64,000 nt of DNA from Octopus sinensis (GCF_006345805.1 NC_043013.1:45818001-45882000); one strand, 5' to 3'. Counted from the first letter of the stretch, positions 37,176 to 51,483 are shown. The notes: a model not told the origin generated them from the sequence alone. Program-made: numbers and translations.

Positions 37176-37806
37176 GTTTTTCCTTCTTTCTTCAAATTTT
37201 CTTCCGTTTCTCGCCGAGTGTTTTCCATACACCTAGGGCAGAGAAGGGCATTGTATGCATTCCCAGATTACACGCGCAAATTCACAGATAAAATATGTAT
37301 CTAAAAATTAATAAATAAATAAATTCATGAATGGATGTGTTACACAGCGATAATACTCTTCTTAGTACATGAGCCGTTCAAGTTAATACGATTTTTTGCA
37401 CTTCCTGTAGGGATGGTAAGCCTGAAATCATTTTCAAATAGGTTTCAGTGCCTTTTTTTTTATCATTCCTAGAGATCCTACAATCACTGGTACTGTAGTC
37501 GCCTTGAGATGCCACATTTTTTTCAATTTCCATTAGCAGGTCTTTATATTTACTAATCTTGTCAAATTCTTTCGCCGCTATATATTGTGATCACAGGGAA
37601 TACTCATGTCAATAATAAACACATCTTTTTGTCTGATCTTTTATAATGATATCCGGTTTATTGGCTTTTTAGTCCTGTCGGTCTGCACGGGGAAGTTCCA
37701 TAGAATCGACACATTTTCTTCCTCAGTCACAGCTTCAGGATGATGTTTATACCATTTGTCAGCGGTTTTGATTTTATAATGCCGACATATTGTCCAGTGT
37801 AAATAC
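37174..37806 (-). pseudogene. 5'-truncated R4/Dong LINE, copy 2 (tandem near-identical duplicate)
   Basis: Same endpoints as copy 1. It differs mostly by 1-2-bp indels. Confidence 0.9.
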
Positions 37807-37852
<46 letters not shown>

Positions 37853-37856
37853 TTTG

Positions 37857-38395
37857 AGTGAGAGCAGTACATGCCATCAAAGTGACACTGGTGTAAAATA
37901 TACGAAGCCCAGTATACCCTTCATGACTACCCATTTGATAAGGGCACACTGGGCACATGCTTCACAACTATATGTGCATGACATGGTGAATTCATATCAA
38001 GATAAACAGTGCATGTCCTTGCAGGTGGGACCCAGTTAGAATTTTCTTCAGGTCGAGTAGACAATACCGCTCAAAAGGACCCTGAATAAGGATTGTTTAA
38101 GGATGTTGAACGAAACACCCATGTTTCCAAACCCTAAAGAATTCCCCTCAACACATGGCTATGATGCTCCCCCACTACTTCTGCTTGTGATCAGAGATGC
38201 ATATATTGTCAGCCACCAAGGGACATGCTCAACTTGTTAAGGTCAAAGAACTGACAAGCAAATCTGTGGTATTGAGCAGAATATTTGCTGTAGCCCATCT
38301 TTTATACCAAGACAAAACAATGTACATGATAACACTTCCAATCAGTTAAGATCAGAAGCCATGAGAGCCACTGCCTGGTACTGCATCAGGGCATT
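37857..38395 (-). mobile_element. Family E ~550-bp repeat
   Basis: Homologous end to end with 3776-4326. Flanked by (ATT)n and (TCT)n. Confidence 0.9.
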
Positions 38396-38737
38396 TCTTT
38401 TCTTTCTTCTTCTTCCTCTTCTTCTTTCTTCTTCTTTTCTTCTTCTTCTTTCTTTCTTTTCTTCTCTTCTTCTTTTCGTCTTCTTTTTCTTCTTCTTCTT
38501 TTCTCTTCTTCTCTTCTTCCTCTCTCTTCTTTTTTTCCTCTTCTTCTTTCTCTTCTTCTTCTTCTTCTTTTCTTCTTTTTCTTTCTTCTTCTTCTCCTCT
38601 TCTTTTTTCTTCTATTCTTCTTCTTCTTTCTTCTTCTTCTTCTTCTTTTCTTCTTCTTCTTCTTCTTCTTCTTCTTCTTTTTGGTCTTATTATTATTATC
38701 ATCATCATTATTATTATCTTTATTATTATTATTATTA

Positions 38738-38783
<46 letters not shown>

Positions 38784-38832
38784 TACTACAGGTCTCTACA
38801 ATTTGTGAGACACTGAAAGAGAGAGAGAGAGA

Positions 38833-38862
<30 letters not shown>
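38396..38862. repeat. (TCT)n, (ATT)n and (GA)n tracts
   Basis: Direct inspection. Confidence 0.95.
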
Positions 38863-38863
<1 letters not shown>

Positions 38864-41800
38864 TTAAATTCATATAAATGAACGGGGGAGGATATAACCA
38901 GTTTCTCATTCCATAGACTAGAAGTCACTGAATAACAGATAATGTTGGCAAATTATTTTATAATAGTTTGGACAGTAATGATGTAATTAATAAATGATTA
39001 ATGATGTTTACAGACTGCCACAATTACTTTAAGTTAGAGACGGAGATAGCAAAGAACCATGATAAAAGTATGAAATTATTGTTCAACTTATATCAAAGAA
39101 TTACGATTGAAAGAGACTCTGGAGAGAAATGGAAAAGAAATCATCGAATTACAAATGTCTCGTTTGATGTTTGAATACGTCGATTGAATTGGATTTTCGG
39201 AGAAGATCGATCATAATGACTTGCCAGGTAATACGTCCATTGTTGAAAAATGATTTAATGTCGAGGGTCAGTGCTGATAAATATTTTACACGAAGAAGGT
39301 GAGAAACTGGGGCAATATCACAGAAGTATTTCTTAGTCATCGATGATGGTTTAAATATGATCATCTGATTTATTGTTATCCAGTAGAGTTTGACAAAGCA
39401 ATTGTTGGCATTTTCACAACTGCGCTTAACGAATATAAGATAGATTGAAGATAAGATAATACTCTGAACATGTAGTAGGTTATTGATCTTTGATTCACCG
39501 GCTCTCAATAAAAATATAATCCAATGTAGAAGTAGCTGAAGTATGAACAAATATTTGTCTGATTCAGGCGAAAATCTATGAATACAAGGAATTTTCCGCG
39601 ATAGCAACGTCACGAATATTATTGAGTTCATTAACGGAAATGAAGTTTATAATTCAGATATTTTGCAGAAATAAAATGCATATTTTAATAGGATTTAGTG
39701 CAATTACTATGAAAGGGTTAGATATCTATCTTTTACTCCTTTTCATATATCCTTGTATTATGCTAAACATCACTTCACACTACCAAGCCGAAATGACAAG
39801 TGCTGTGTTTTTATTCATAGCTTTTATGCAGTTTGGCTGCTGTACTTGAAGGCAAAATTATGCACCGAATGGAGTATACTTGCATGTGTGTCTCCTTAAA
39901 GCTTCATGTTGAATAATTTTAACTAAAGAATGGTTTCCTATCAATAATAAAAAATAGATACTGGTATTATATCTTAATGAGAGGTATTCATTTTGTTTTA
40001 ATTAATTTTGCTTTGAGATGGTGTTAAAACCAGACATTGAGCAAAAACAGGCGGCGCTGAAGATCTGTCAGAGTTGCTTTGAATATAGAGTCCTTCAGAT
40101 GTAGCTGAATCTCCTTTTGAATTTGAGATGAAGCAGGTTTATATGCCTCGAAATCTCGGGAAATATTCTTTTAACTCTGTAATCCTCGATAAAAGGAATT
40201 ATCGTCGTTGGTTAAGTTTTAAGGTGAACATCATAGTAAGTATATCGATTTTCAATACAAACGCTCTTTCGATCAAAAAGAACGTGGGCTTTGATTCCAT
40301 AAATCGTGCTTTGTGCTTTTGATGTTTAACTTTTATCAGAGAAAAGCAAAAATTGAGTGGTCGAATAAAATTAATTCTATAGTCGCTGGAATTATTTAGT
40401 TAAAGTTTACGCATCAAATCTTCTATATTGGTTTCTCAGTATAATTTATTCATCGCCAAACCTCGAAAATCGTTGAATGTAACGGAAGTTTCATAATAGT
40501 GTCACGTTGCGCGTTGATACAAGTGCAGAAATATTTAAGTTTTTTTCTCTGTAATCCTGGAAACAATATCAGATTAAAAAGTACATAAATTAATCGATCT
40601 CTTACTATGTAGACAGGTTGAGAATAACATCAATGTTCAAGTTAGATGCTGCATAGTGAGCACTTAAACAACACTCACTCTAATAGACACCAGCGTAAAT
40701 AAATCGCTTACCAGGAAAATCCTCACAAATGATGTTGCTACGCAAGTAAGTAGAAGTCTGAAATGTATTAAAGAAAACTTCTAAACACTTAAAAATTTTA
40801 GCGATGAGGAAGGATAGGAATAAAGAAGACTATAGATTTCATCCATCCGCGGCAGATTAAATAAGTATCAGTCTACTTAAACTAGATGGATATAAACGGT
40901 TTTAACATTGACCAAAGCCTGAAACCAGTGAAATGATAATAAAATCATATAGTTTTGTTATGAAGAATAAATATCAAAACAAAATTATATATTTCTCAAG
41001 ATAATTAAGAATAAATCCCTGTTTTATTATATGGAATCAGAAATATAGGAAAACGGATTATAATAGAGTGATTTGGTGTCATCTTTAATATAAGCATCTT
41101 GAAATGTAATAAGATAAGGAAGGGATGAACCAACAAGGGAATTTTTAGATGATCTGCTAGAAATAGTTGCTAAATTTCCTTTAAATCATATCCTGCCAGC
41201 TTAAGAAGGATATCTAAGACTACACTGGATAATATAGTATTAAATTCATGATACCTTTAGAAAAAAAAAACAGGATGGTCATTGTTGGAAAGCTTTTGAT
41301 TATAAGTTTGCTCAGTCAGGCCCAAAATATAGCTAAAGAACAACAACATTTAGAGGTTGAGTACCTTTAGATAACATGGTTCCGTATCCACGTACAATTC
41401 TACTTGCAGGGGTTACCCTGCAGATGTTCAAGTTGGGCATCAGTCACATTCAACTTCACCAATGAGTTACAGATCCTGTCCTTCCTTCTCTGAGTGACTT
41501 ATAAAATGTAACAGACACAGACACACAGAAGATCTGAGGCTGTGAGGAAGCTTCTCATTGTCGGGCCTATAATGTGATTGTTTCCAAGAAAAGTAAAAGC
41601 ATGGGACCCTTATGTGCTACAATGTGTATTGTTATGAATCTAGTTAGTTGGGAAAAAAATGATATTTGGATTATAGTGTTACCAAATTGTAATTTTTTGT
41701 CTTTGGTCAGCAAGTGCTATTTCCTATTTGCTTCTGTCTAGGAATCGAAGGAAATGACCACTATTCCCTCCAGGCTTTGCTTTTGTGATTTGGATATCAA

Positions 41801-41879
41801 TGTTTTGAAACTGACCTATTTTTCTATTACATTTCACACAAATTCAGTGCTGAGTTGATGAAGCAGAAATAATTTTTAT

Positions 41880-42052
41880 AGCAAATATTCTGCTCAATAC
41901 CACAAATTTGCCGGTCAGTTGCTTGATCTTAATCACTTGAGCATGTCCCTTAGTGGCATATGCCAATATGTGCATCTCTGACAACGAGGAGGAACAGTAG
42001 GGGAGATTCATAGCCGTGTGTCGAGAGGGATTTTTTTGGAGTTTGAATAAAT
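41880..42052 (+). mobile_element. Partial, diverged family E copy with a different upstream segment
   Basis: ATATTCTGCTCAATACCACAAATTTG...GAGCATGTCCCTTAGTGGC...GTTTGAATAA matches ~11530-11692. Confidence 0.7.
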
Positions 42053-42359
42053 GTAACAAATGTAAGGATTGAAGGAATCATATTTTCTAAGGATAAGCAA
42101 ATAAGGAATAACAGTTGCTATCAAAGGACAAAAATTGTGTTACACAGGGTTAGCAATTCATACCGCAGTCTTTTGCTAGACAAATAAAAATATAAATGCT
42201 TCGGATATGTCTCAGTCTTTAGATGCTAGGGCACCGCCTTGAAGGGTTTAGTCGAATAAATCGACTGTAGTAATTACTCATAGTACCTATGGTACGTATA
42301 GTACTTATTCTATCGTTCTATTTTGTCGAACTGCTAGGTAACGACTTGTCAGTGTCTTT

Positions 42360-42533
42360 TTCCGGACGACGCTCGAAAAACCTTTGGTGCGGAAAAAAGC
42401 CTCGAGGAAGACCAAGAAAATATTTGGATAGCATTATGGGAAATAATGGGATTGAAGATTCGGCAGAAGATAAGAAGTAGGGGGAGAAGTATTCTTGGAA
42501 GAGCTACTCGTACTCCGAGAGTTGGTGGTTGCA

Positions 42534-42575
<42 letters not shown>
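42360..42575 (+). pseudogene. RTE-like LINE extreme 3' end with a (GAT)n tail
   Basis: GKKPRGRPRKYLDSI...AEDKK*, resembling the GxRxRGRPxxxWxD...AxDRxxW C-terminus. Confidence 0.55.
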
Positions 42576-43249
42576 AGCTGAATCAAAACATTGATTCATC
42601 TGGAACTGTAATACAAAATAATTGCTACCACTCAAACAAATTTAAATATAGCAAAATGCAATCTTGCACATAATTAGAAAGGAGTAATAGTGCATATGGA
42701 TGTATGTGTGTATGGTGTGTGTGGTGTGTATGTTGTGTGTTAGTATGTGTGTATGAGTATGTGTATAGAAATGTGTGCATGCGTGTATGTCTGCGTGTGT
42801 ATATGCATGTATAAATGCCTGTGTAGATGTGTGAGGTCTGTGTATGTCTGAGTTTAAATATGTGAGTGTGTAGCTACATGATGTGTGTATGTGTGTATGT
42901 ATGTTTGTGTATGAATGTGTGTATGTCTGAATGAGGGTGTGTGCATTTGTATGAATGTATGTGTGTATGTTTCTATGTGGGTATGTATGTTTCTGTGTGT
43001 GTATGTGTATGTGTGTAAATGTATGGCTATGTGGATGAGTGAGATGTGTGTATGTCTGTGTGTATATGTGAGTGTGTGGTTATATGTCTGTGCGTTTGTA
43101 TATGTTTATAAGTGTGTGATAGTGTATGTATGTGTATATGCCTGTGTATGAGTGTATGTGTGTGTCTATATGTAAGTGTTTTTTTAAGACAAGTGAGGCC
43201 AACAAAAAAGCATTTTGTTTCACATGTTAAACATGTCAGCGATTAACTG

Positions 43250-43570
43250 AGGTATTGCTGTGTGGGTAAGAAGCTCGCTTTGCAACCACAAGCTTTCAGG
43301 ATCTATCCTATTGCGCGGCATCTGAGACAAGTGTCTTCAACAATAGCCCCAGGTCTGAGTGGTAGACGGAAACTGTGTCGAATTCTGTTGCGTATATACA
43401 CACAAACATATATACATGTGTGTGTGTGCATGTCTTTGTGTTGGTGCTTGTCCCACACGCGCTTCACAACCGTTATTGGTTTGTTTACAAAAGAGATCGA
43501 TAGAATAAGTATCAAAGCGGTGGCACAAGTGCGGCTGCAATCCAATGACTGAAACCAGTAAAAGATAAAA
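43250..43570 (+). mobile_element. Diverged, internally deleted SINE A
   Basis: GTAAGAAGCTCGCTTTGCAACCAC head, GTAGACGGAAACTG body and CAATGACTGAAAC tail. Confidence 0.75.
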
Positions 43571-43607
43571 AAATATGCAGAATAATGTGTATTACTATCA
43601 ATAATGT

Positions 43608-44158
43608 TGGTGATGATGATGATGGTGATGATGATGATGATGGTGATGATGACGATGATGAAGATGATGATGGTGATGATGATGGTGACGATGATGGTGA
43701 TGGTGATAGTGGTGGTGGTGGTGATGAGGTGATGATGATAAGGATGGTGTTGGTGTTGGTGGTGATGATGATGAAGATGATGGTGATGGTAGTGGTGGTG
43801 GTGGTGGTGGTGGTGATGAGATGATGGTGATGATAGTGATGATGGTGGTGGTGATGATGATGATGGTGATAGTAGTGGTTGTGGGAGTGGTGATGAGATG
43901 ATGGTGATGATAGTGAAGATGGTGGTGGTGGTGGTGATGGAATTAGGGTAAAGATGGAATTAAAAAAATAAGAACCAGAAGATAGAGAGATGAAATAACA
44001 GAGAAAGAAAGAAAGAGAAATAGGGAGATTGAAAGATAGATAAAACTATATATACACACACACACAAAAAAAAAGAAAAAAGAAAAAGATGTGAATATAA
44101 GATTAAAATAAATAAAAGGAAACTGGATGAACAGAAACTGAAATTGCAGGTACATGTA

Positions 44159-44201
<43 letters not shown>

Positions 44202-44305
44202 GTGATGATGGTGATGATGATGATGATGATGATGATGATGGTGATGTGATGATGATGATGATGATGATGATAATGACGATGGTGATGGTGGTGGTGATGA
44301 TGATC
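43608..44305. repeat. (GAT/GGT)n tracts (43608-43940 and 44158-44305)
   Basis: Direct inspection. Confidence 0.9.
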
Positions 44306-44471
44306 AGGATGGGAAAACGATGACCAGTCCCTAGAGACAATTCTATAGTTAAGTGGATGGTTCCTTATTTCTCAGTTGTAACCAAATACGGAAGCACTGA
44401 TACGCGCACAAACGTACATGCAAATACATACATCCATCGCCCACACATACAATCGCATATATATATGGCAG

Positions 44472-44533
<62 letters not shown>

Positions 44534-44575
44534 GTGTGTGTGTGTCTGTGCGCGTGTATACATCATATATATATA

Positions 44576-44613
<38 letters not shown>

Positions 44614-44752
44614 TTATATATATATAATATATGAATATATGTAACTACCTACATTTTAAAGCATACACACACATATATGTACATATATATATATATATAT
44701 ATATATGTGTATACATATAAGTATGTATACATATATGTATGTATACATCTCT

Positions 44753-44797
<45 letters not shown>

Positions 44798-44826
44798 TAT
44801 AATATATATATATATATATGCATGTT

Positions 44827-44864
<38 letters not shown>

Positions 44865-45256
44865 ACGCGTTTCGAGTGTCTACTTGGTTACTGTTGTGGA
44901 TTAGGACACCGTCCACTTAAACGCTATGATTGTCCCTAGGGACTGGTTACCACTTTACAATCATCATTATCTTTTATCGCATATATCGGGAACCGCGCAT
45001 CAATTCTTTATGCGTATTCTTACCACCAGCACCAGCACCAGCAACAACAGCAGCAGCAGCAGCAGCACCACCACCACCACCACCACCACCACCACCACCA
45101 CCATCATCATCGTCATCATCTATATGTTATCATATCAAGCACTATTTTCCCATTTTCTGCTCATTTTATCTTATGCATTCTTCCAGTTTATTTTCTGTCC
45201 GTTTCTTATCTATCCTCCATTCGTTCCAGCCATTTATCGTTTAGTTTCATCTTCAC

Positions 45257-45288
<32 letters not shown>

Positions 45289-45741
45289 CTCGGACGTAAA
45301 CTCTGCTAGTAGGTCACATCAGGAGTAAATATTTCTCAGATCATTTCTTGCGGTGTGCTGCACCGAAACGAAACGCCTTTTGTCGGACTCTGTTTTAATA
45401 GCATATGTTCACACTCAGCATTAATACTTTGAGTACTTCTTAGTGGGTTTGCCATATCTCACCGAACAGATACATTGGAGCCACAGGATACATAGCGACC
45501 CGTCTGGAGCAAAGTATGGCTGAATTTAGGATGTTGGGATGAGAGCGCAAATCCTTAAATCATAACGCTATAAATGATCATGATAACTGGGACTGTAAAA
45601 ATCTGCAAGACATTATTAAGATTTAATGGCTGATGGTTAAATCAAGGTACTTTCCTTTATAACCTTTGCTACCAAGAAGTGGGCGGTCAAAATTTGTTCT
45701 AAATTAAAGAGAGAAAAAGGACATACATACATACTTATGTT

Positions 45742-46441
45742 CCTACCTACCTACCGATCTACCTACCTACCTACCTACCTACCTACCTACCTACCTACCT
45801 ACCTACCTACCTACCTACCTACCTACCTACCTATCTACCTACCTACCTACCTACCTACCTACCTACCTATCTACCTATCTACCTACCTACCTACCTATCT
45901 ACCTACCTACCTACCTACCTACCTACCTACCTACCTGCCTGCCTGCCTGCCTACCTGCCTGCCTGCCTACCTACCTACCTACCTACCTACCTACCTACCT
46001 GCCTGCCTGCCTGCCTGCCTACCTAACTACCCACTACCTACCTACCTACCTACCTACCTACCTACCTACCTACCTACATACCTGCCTGTCTGCCTACCTA
46101 CCTAACTACCCACCTACCTACCTACCTACCTACCTACCGATCTACCTACCTACCTACCTACCTACCTACCTACCTACCTACCTACATACCTACCTACCTA
46201 CCTACCTACCTACCTATCTACCTACCTGCCTGCCTGCCTGCCTGCCTGCCTGCTTACCTACCTACCTACCTACCTACCTACCTACCTACCTACCTACCTA
46301 CCTACCTACCTGCCTGCCTGCCTGCCTGCCTGCTTACCTACCTACCTACCTACCTACCTACCTACCTACCTACCTACCTACCTGCCTGCCTGCCTGCCTG
46401 CCTGCTTACCTACCTACCTACCTACTTACCTACCTACCTAC
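45742..46441. repeat. (CTAC)n/(CTGC)n tetranucleotide array, ~700 bp
   Basis: Direct inspection. Confidence 0.95.
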
Positions 46442-46836
46442 TTTAGCAACAGCGCTAAAGTAAACTTTGATCTCTTGGACGTTGAATGAAATGCTTTCAT
46501 TTCACAGGAGAGAAAGGAAGCATATTTACATTTGGAATATATATATATGTAGAGGCACCGAGAAATATGCGCACGCACACACACACTCGCACACGTGTAT
46601 GTGTGTGTGTGTGTGTGTTGAGTTCTCTAATTCATCAGTTCATAGGAGAAAGACGAAGGGTTATTGATGTTGTGTATCTAGCGTAAGGCACCCAAGTACA
46701 AAACAAGAGAGCAGAAGGGAGATAAATCCAGGAGTACAATTTAACGAAACACACCCGCGCGCGCACACCCATCCACACGCACAAACATGTACACACACAC
46801 AAACACACACACACACACACACGCACACACACACAC

Positions 46837-46867
<31 letters not shown>

Positions 46868-47134
46868 TTCACATACACTCACTCCTAGGTACTACCACTA
46901 CTAGCCCCACCCCTAAGACATTGTCTCTTCTCTGTTTATTTTATTATTACTAAACAACTCTTCCTGGAAAAATAGACTTAATTATTATCCCATCCAGTAT
47001 TTTGGTGTTGTCAACATCACCGGATGATCTAATCAGAAGCAAGATATTTACTTTGAATCACAAGGTAATAAACTTCTCTTATGTAGAATTTTCCAATTAG
47101 TCCGTATTTTTACGTCTCTCATCCAATCATCGCG

Positions 47135-47485
47135 GGTGTAGCATGGCCGGATGGTTAAGAAGTTGGCTTTATAATTACAGGACCTGATCTCGAACCCTCT
47201 TCTTGACATCTGAGAAAGAGTCATATACAAGAGTCTTGGGTTGGCTCAAATTTTGTGAGCAAAATCGAGTAGACGGAAACTGTGTGGAAGCCCATCGATG
47301 GATTGTATTTGTAACGCAGTAGTACAGCTTTGTGTACACACCAGTGTCACACTGATTCTGTCTGAGAAATAACATGTAACACGTGTCTGTGTAATACTCA
47401 ACCACCTTTACACTGATTTAAGAAATAGGGAATTCAGTTGAGTGAATATCTCTTTACTCATCGTCGAAAGCGATGGAGATCCAGT
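47135..47485 (+). mobile_element. Old SINE with a family A-like head and a family C tail-1-like 3' part
   Basis: GCATGGCCGGATGGTTAAGAAG...GTAGACGGAAACTGTGTGGAAGCCC, then GTGTCACACTGA...ACACGTGTCTGTG...CTCATCGTCG, resembling the reverse complement of 32225-32375. Confidence 0.5.
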
Positions 47486-48630
47486 TACTTATACTCAGTG
47501 TTAACCTTCATGTATGTCCTTCCCTTCATTTCTATACTATACTATAATAATAATAATAATGATAATAATAATAATAATAATAATAATAAAGCAGTCGGTT
47601 CGCCCTTACTCCCCAGAACTTTCACTCCTCTAGGTTTTCTTCCCTCCCCAGAGTTTCCCCATGAAACACTAATCACAGAAACCACATATGTTTAAAAGAG
47701 CCTGAAATGATTTCCTTCCTCCTTAGAATAACCATTCACACACACACACACAGGCGCAAATATGAAATGTGTATCGCAATATACAGTTGTCTAGCGTATC
47801 GCTGATCAATTATCGCCTCTGTTTAGACAACAATACGCTATCTCCGTGTACAAGCCAACTGTAAAGAATGGACTATTTAGTTTAAAGGCATTATATCAAA
47901 GACGAACTATTAACAATGAGGTGCTATCAGGAAATCTAGAATGTTCCTATGTTCTGGAAAGATGACAAAGAAATACATACCATTATGAAATTTTCATAAT
48001 TTATAGAAACAGACGTGTTTGTTCTTCAAAAGTGGTCGACTTGATTATCTGCTTTTCCAGTTGAATCTCAAGAATCCATTGATACACATGATGAGTTCTA
48101 ATGTGTAGCCATTTCACGTGGCCGAGTTCTATTAATATCTTTCCTTCAAAGCTTGTTAAATAGACATTTCATTGACTTTTTCTTTGATAGAATCACTACG
48201 AAAATTTGATCCAAAACGCGATATACGTTGCCAAGTTCTGAAGTTAATAACAGGCTTTTAATTCCAACTTTTGTCGCTGGTACTTATAAGAAGTCTGCGC
48301 ACTTAATCATAGCCAATTCCATTTTGTCTGAGAGTTCAGTATGCTTCAATAAATTTATAATAAATCTCTGGAGAAATCAGGTCGCTCCGAAGCTATTCAT
48401 TTACACACCACACACACACACACACACACACAACACACACACACACACACACACACACATTTACATGCACTTACACATAGATATTAATCTGCAAGAAATC
48501 TGACATTGATTAAGATACAGGATAGCAGAATCGTTATGGTGTCCGCTTTGTAATCACGAGGTCTCGGGCATCTCGGGCACCAGCGCATTGAATGACATCT
48601 TGGTCAAATGCATTTTAGCACATCATTGAG

Positions 48631-48664
<34 letters not shown>

Positions 48665-48947
48665 TGTATGTATGTATGTATGTATGTATGTATGTATGTG
48701 TGTGTGTGTGTGGTGGTGTGTGTGTGTGTATGTGTGTAGACATACATGTGAGAACATAAGTGCCAAACAAGTGGAAATATTGTACTCAGATACCAAGGTA
48801 GAGTAAATTACTATTTCATTAACAATTTCTGAAGTGTCTTTAGCCTCAACGATATATATATATATATATGCATGTATATGTATATATATATGCATACGCG
48901 CACTCACACATATGTACATACATACATAACATACATACATACATACT

Positions 48948-48990
<43 letters not shown>

Positions 48991-48991
48991 T

Positions 48992-49022
<31 letters not shown>

Positions 49023-49467
49023 GCTATTTCTGGGTGTGGTGGTGTCTTCGGTACCCTTAATTATAATTATATATATACATCGTCAGTAAATCATATATAC
49101 TACGACCCCTAATTATATATTTAGGGGAGGAGGCAAATGGATATCGGGTGCTTTACTTCTGGGAGGCACTTAATTGTGGAAGTGAAAATAATGAGTGGTT
49201 ACAGTTCTTGGTTATCTTGCTAACTGATTGTACGTTCAAGTCGGTTGCAGACATTTCGATACGCTTCTAGAATGAAAGCATATTATGTCTTGCATTAATT
49301 TCATGCTCCTACATTGTTTTAGAGACGAGAATAAATACCAAGCTTACACAGAAAAGATCGGGTGCTTTCACGGCGCTACGTACTCTCACTTAACTGTTTC
49401 CCTCTCATCATATCGCCGAAGGAAACACGACGTGATTGCTTGGTCTATCATCAGAAATAGCAGACAA

Positions 49468-50067
49468 GGGGGTGAGCTGGTAGAAACGTTAGCCTGCCGG
49501 GCGAAATGCTTAGCAGTATTTCGTCTGCCGCTACGTTCTGAGTTCAAATTCCGCCAAGGTCTACTTTGCCTTTCATTTTTCAGGGTCGATTAAATAAGCA
49601 CCAGTTACGCACTGGGGTCGATATTATCGACTTAATCCGTTTGTCTTTCCTTGTTTGTCCTCTCTGTGTTTAGCCCCTTGTGGGTAGTAAAGAAATAGGT
49701 ATTTCGTCTGTCTTTACGTTCTGTGTTCAAGTTCCGCCGAGGTCGACCTTGCCTTTCATACTTTTGGGATCGATTAAACAAGTACCAGTTACGCACTGGT
49801 GTCGACGTAATCAACTTGATCCGTTTGTCTGTCCTTGTTTGTCCCCTCTGTGTGTAGCCCCTTGTGGGTAGTAAAGAAATAGTTATTTCGTCTGTCTTTA
49901 CGTTCTGAGTTCAAAATCCGCCGAGATCGACTTTGCCTTTCATCATTTCGGGGTCGATAAATTAAGTACCAGTTACGCACTAGGGTCGATGTAATCGACT
50001 TAATCTCTTTGTCTATCTTTGTTTGTCCCCTCTATGTTTAGCCCCTTGTGGGCAATAAAGAAAAAAT
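49468..50067 (+). mobile_element. SINE B trimer with a single TSD
   Basis: One head and three bodies. TSD AAATAGCAGACAA at 49455-49467 and 50068-50080. Confidence 0.92.
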
Positions 50068-51174
50068 AAATAGCAGACAAACGTCCCTCAGATAATACCA
50101 TAACGACTTCAAGAAAATACATTTTCATGCTGTTTCCTAGATATACTAAACAAGGTAAAAGGAACAATTATGTCATGGTTGGAATCTCTTTGGTCACAAG
50201 TCTACGGGATTAGGACTGACCAGAGACTAAACAGCAATAACTAGCGATAAGCTAACGTAGAAGCTTCTACGTGCTCACTTGACCTGCAAGAAATAACAGC
50301 AAGATATCTTCCAGCTGACACACTAACGGTTTAAAAGAGAAGGAAAATGCTGAATAAAACCAAAAAAAAAAAAATAATAATAATTATAGCTGGAACATCT
50401 TTGATAATGAGCCTACAATAGACTGACGTCCTATCTAAGCAGGTTTTAATCTTTCATCTGCTATACATTACAAAACCAAATCCACTAAGCACCAGATTAC
50501 AGGGGCTGCTTCGAAGTGAAGGAGACCTTAATCCTTATTTCTGTCGCAATTATTCTGCTGTCACAGCTCTTTCGGCAATCCTGGTGACGTAATTCCCCTC
50601 AAAGCAGCGAGGACAAATGAACAATGATCGCTCTGTTAAACAAACTGTAACTTTGAAGTAACAAAAGAAAACGCTAAAACCGTTTGTTTTATCGGTCTTT
50701 CCTGCTGTAAAATGTCTATTTTGAAAATGAACAATAGATTTTTCTGTAATGTTTTTCTACCAAATAAATAAACAAATAAACAAATAAATATGCATAGTTT
50801 TGTTCGTCAGCTGCAGAGATGATTTAATGTGCAGCATAATGCACCAGTAAATATGTTTACGTGTCGCTATTTCTGATGCTCTGACGGCTATTTGTTTTGA
50901 GTTTATTCATTTGTTGAATTTTTTCCAACACTGGAAATTATAATTGAACACCAATTACATCAGTAGTTTTCGGTCGCCCCCGGGGGAGTTCTTACAAAAA
51001 ACCAGCGCTTTTACTAAATAACTAAGTTATCATCGACACAATGGCTCACGGAGGAGGGTTTGATGGTTGATAAAAAAAAAATCTTATAGGAAAGCAGCAT
51101 GCTACAACTGACCCGACGACCTGAAACCACTGACGTTGATGAAATGCGGTTTAGGGTTGAGTGAAGATGGCTGG

Positions 51175-51432
51175 GTGTTGGTGGTGGGGGTAGTAGTAGA
51201 AGTAGTAGTAGTAGTAGTAGTATTGGTAGTGGTGGTAGTTGTAGTAGTAGTAGTAGTGGTGGTGGTGGTAGTAGTAGTAGTAGCAGCAGTAATAGTAGTG
51301 GTAGTAGTAGTAGTGGTGGTGGTGGTAGTAGTAGTAGTAGCAGCAGTAATAGTAGTGGTAGTAGTAGTAGTGGTGGTGGTAGTGGTAGTGGCGGTAGTAG
51401 TAGAAGTAGTAGAAGTAGTGGTGGTGGTGGTG

Positions 51433-51483
<51 letters not shown>

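Noticed and set aside
47840-48395. Complex sequence with broken protein-like frames on the minus strand, possibly an old hAT transposase
   Set aside because: Many stops and no diagnostic motif I can name with confidence.
49020-49095. Minus-strand CTGACGA...CCGAAGAC as a possible hammerhead
   Set aside because: No GAAA box, stem II is replaced by TA-rich sequence, and there is no stem I pairing.
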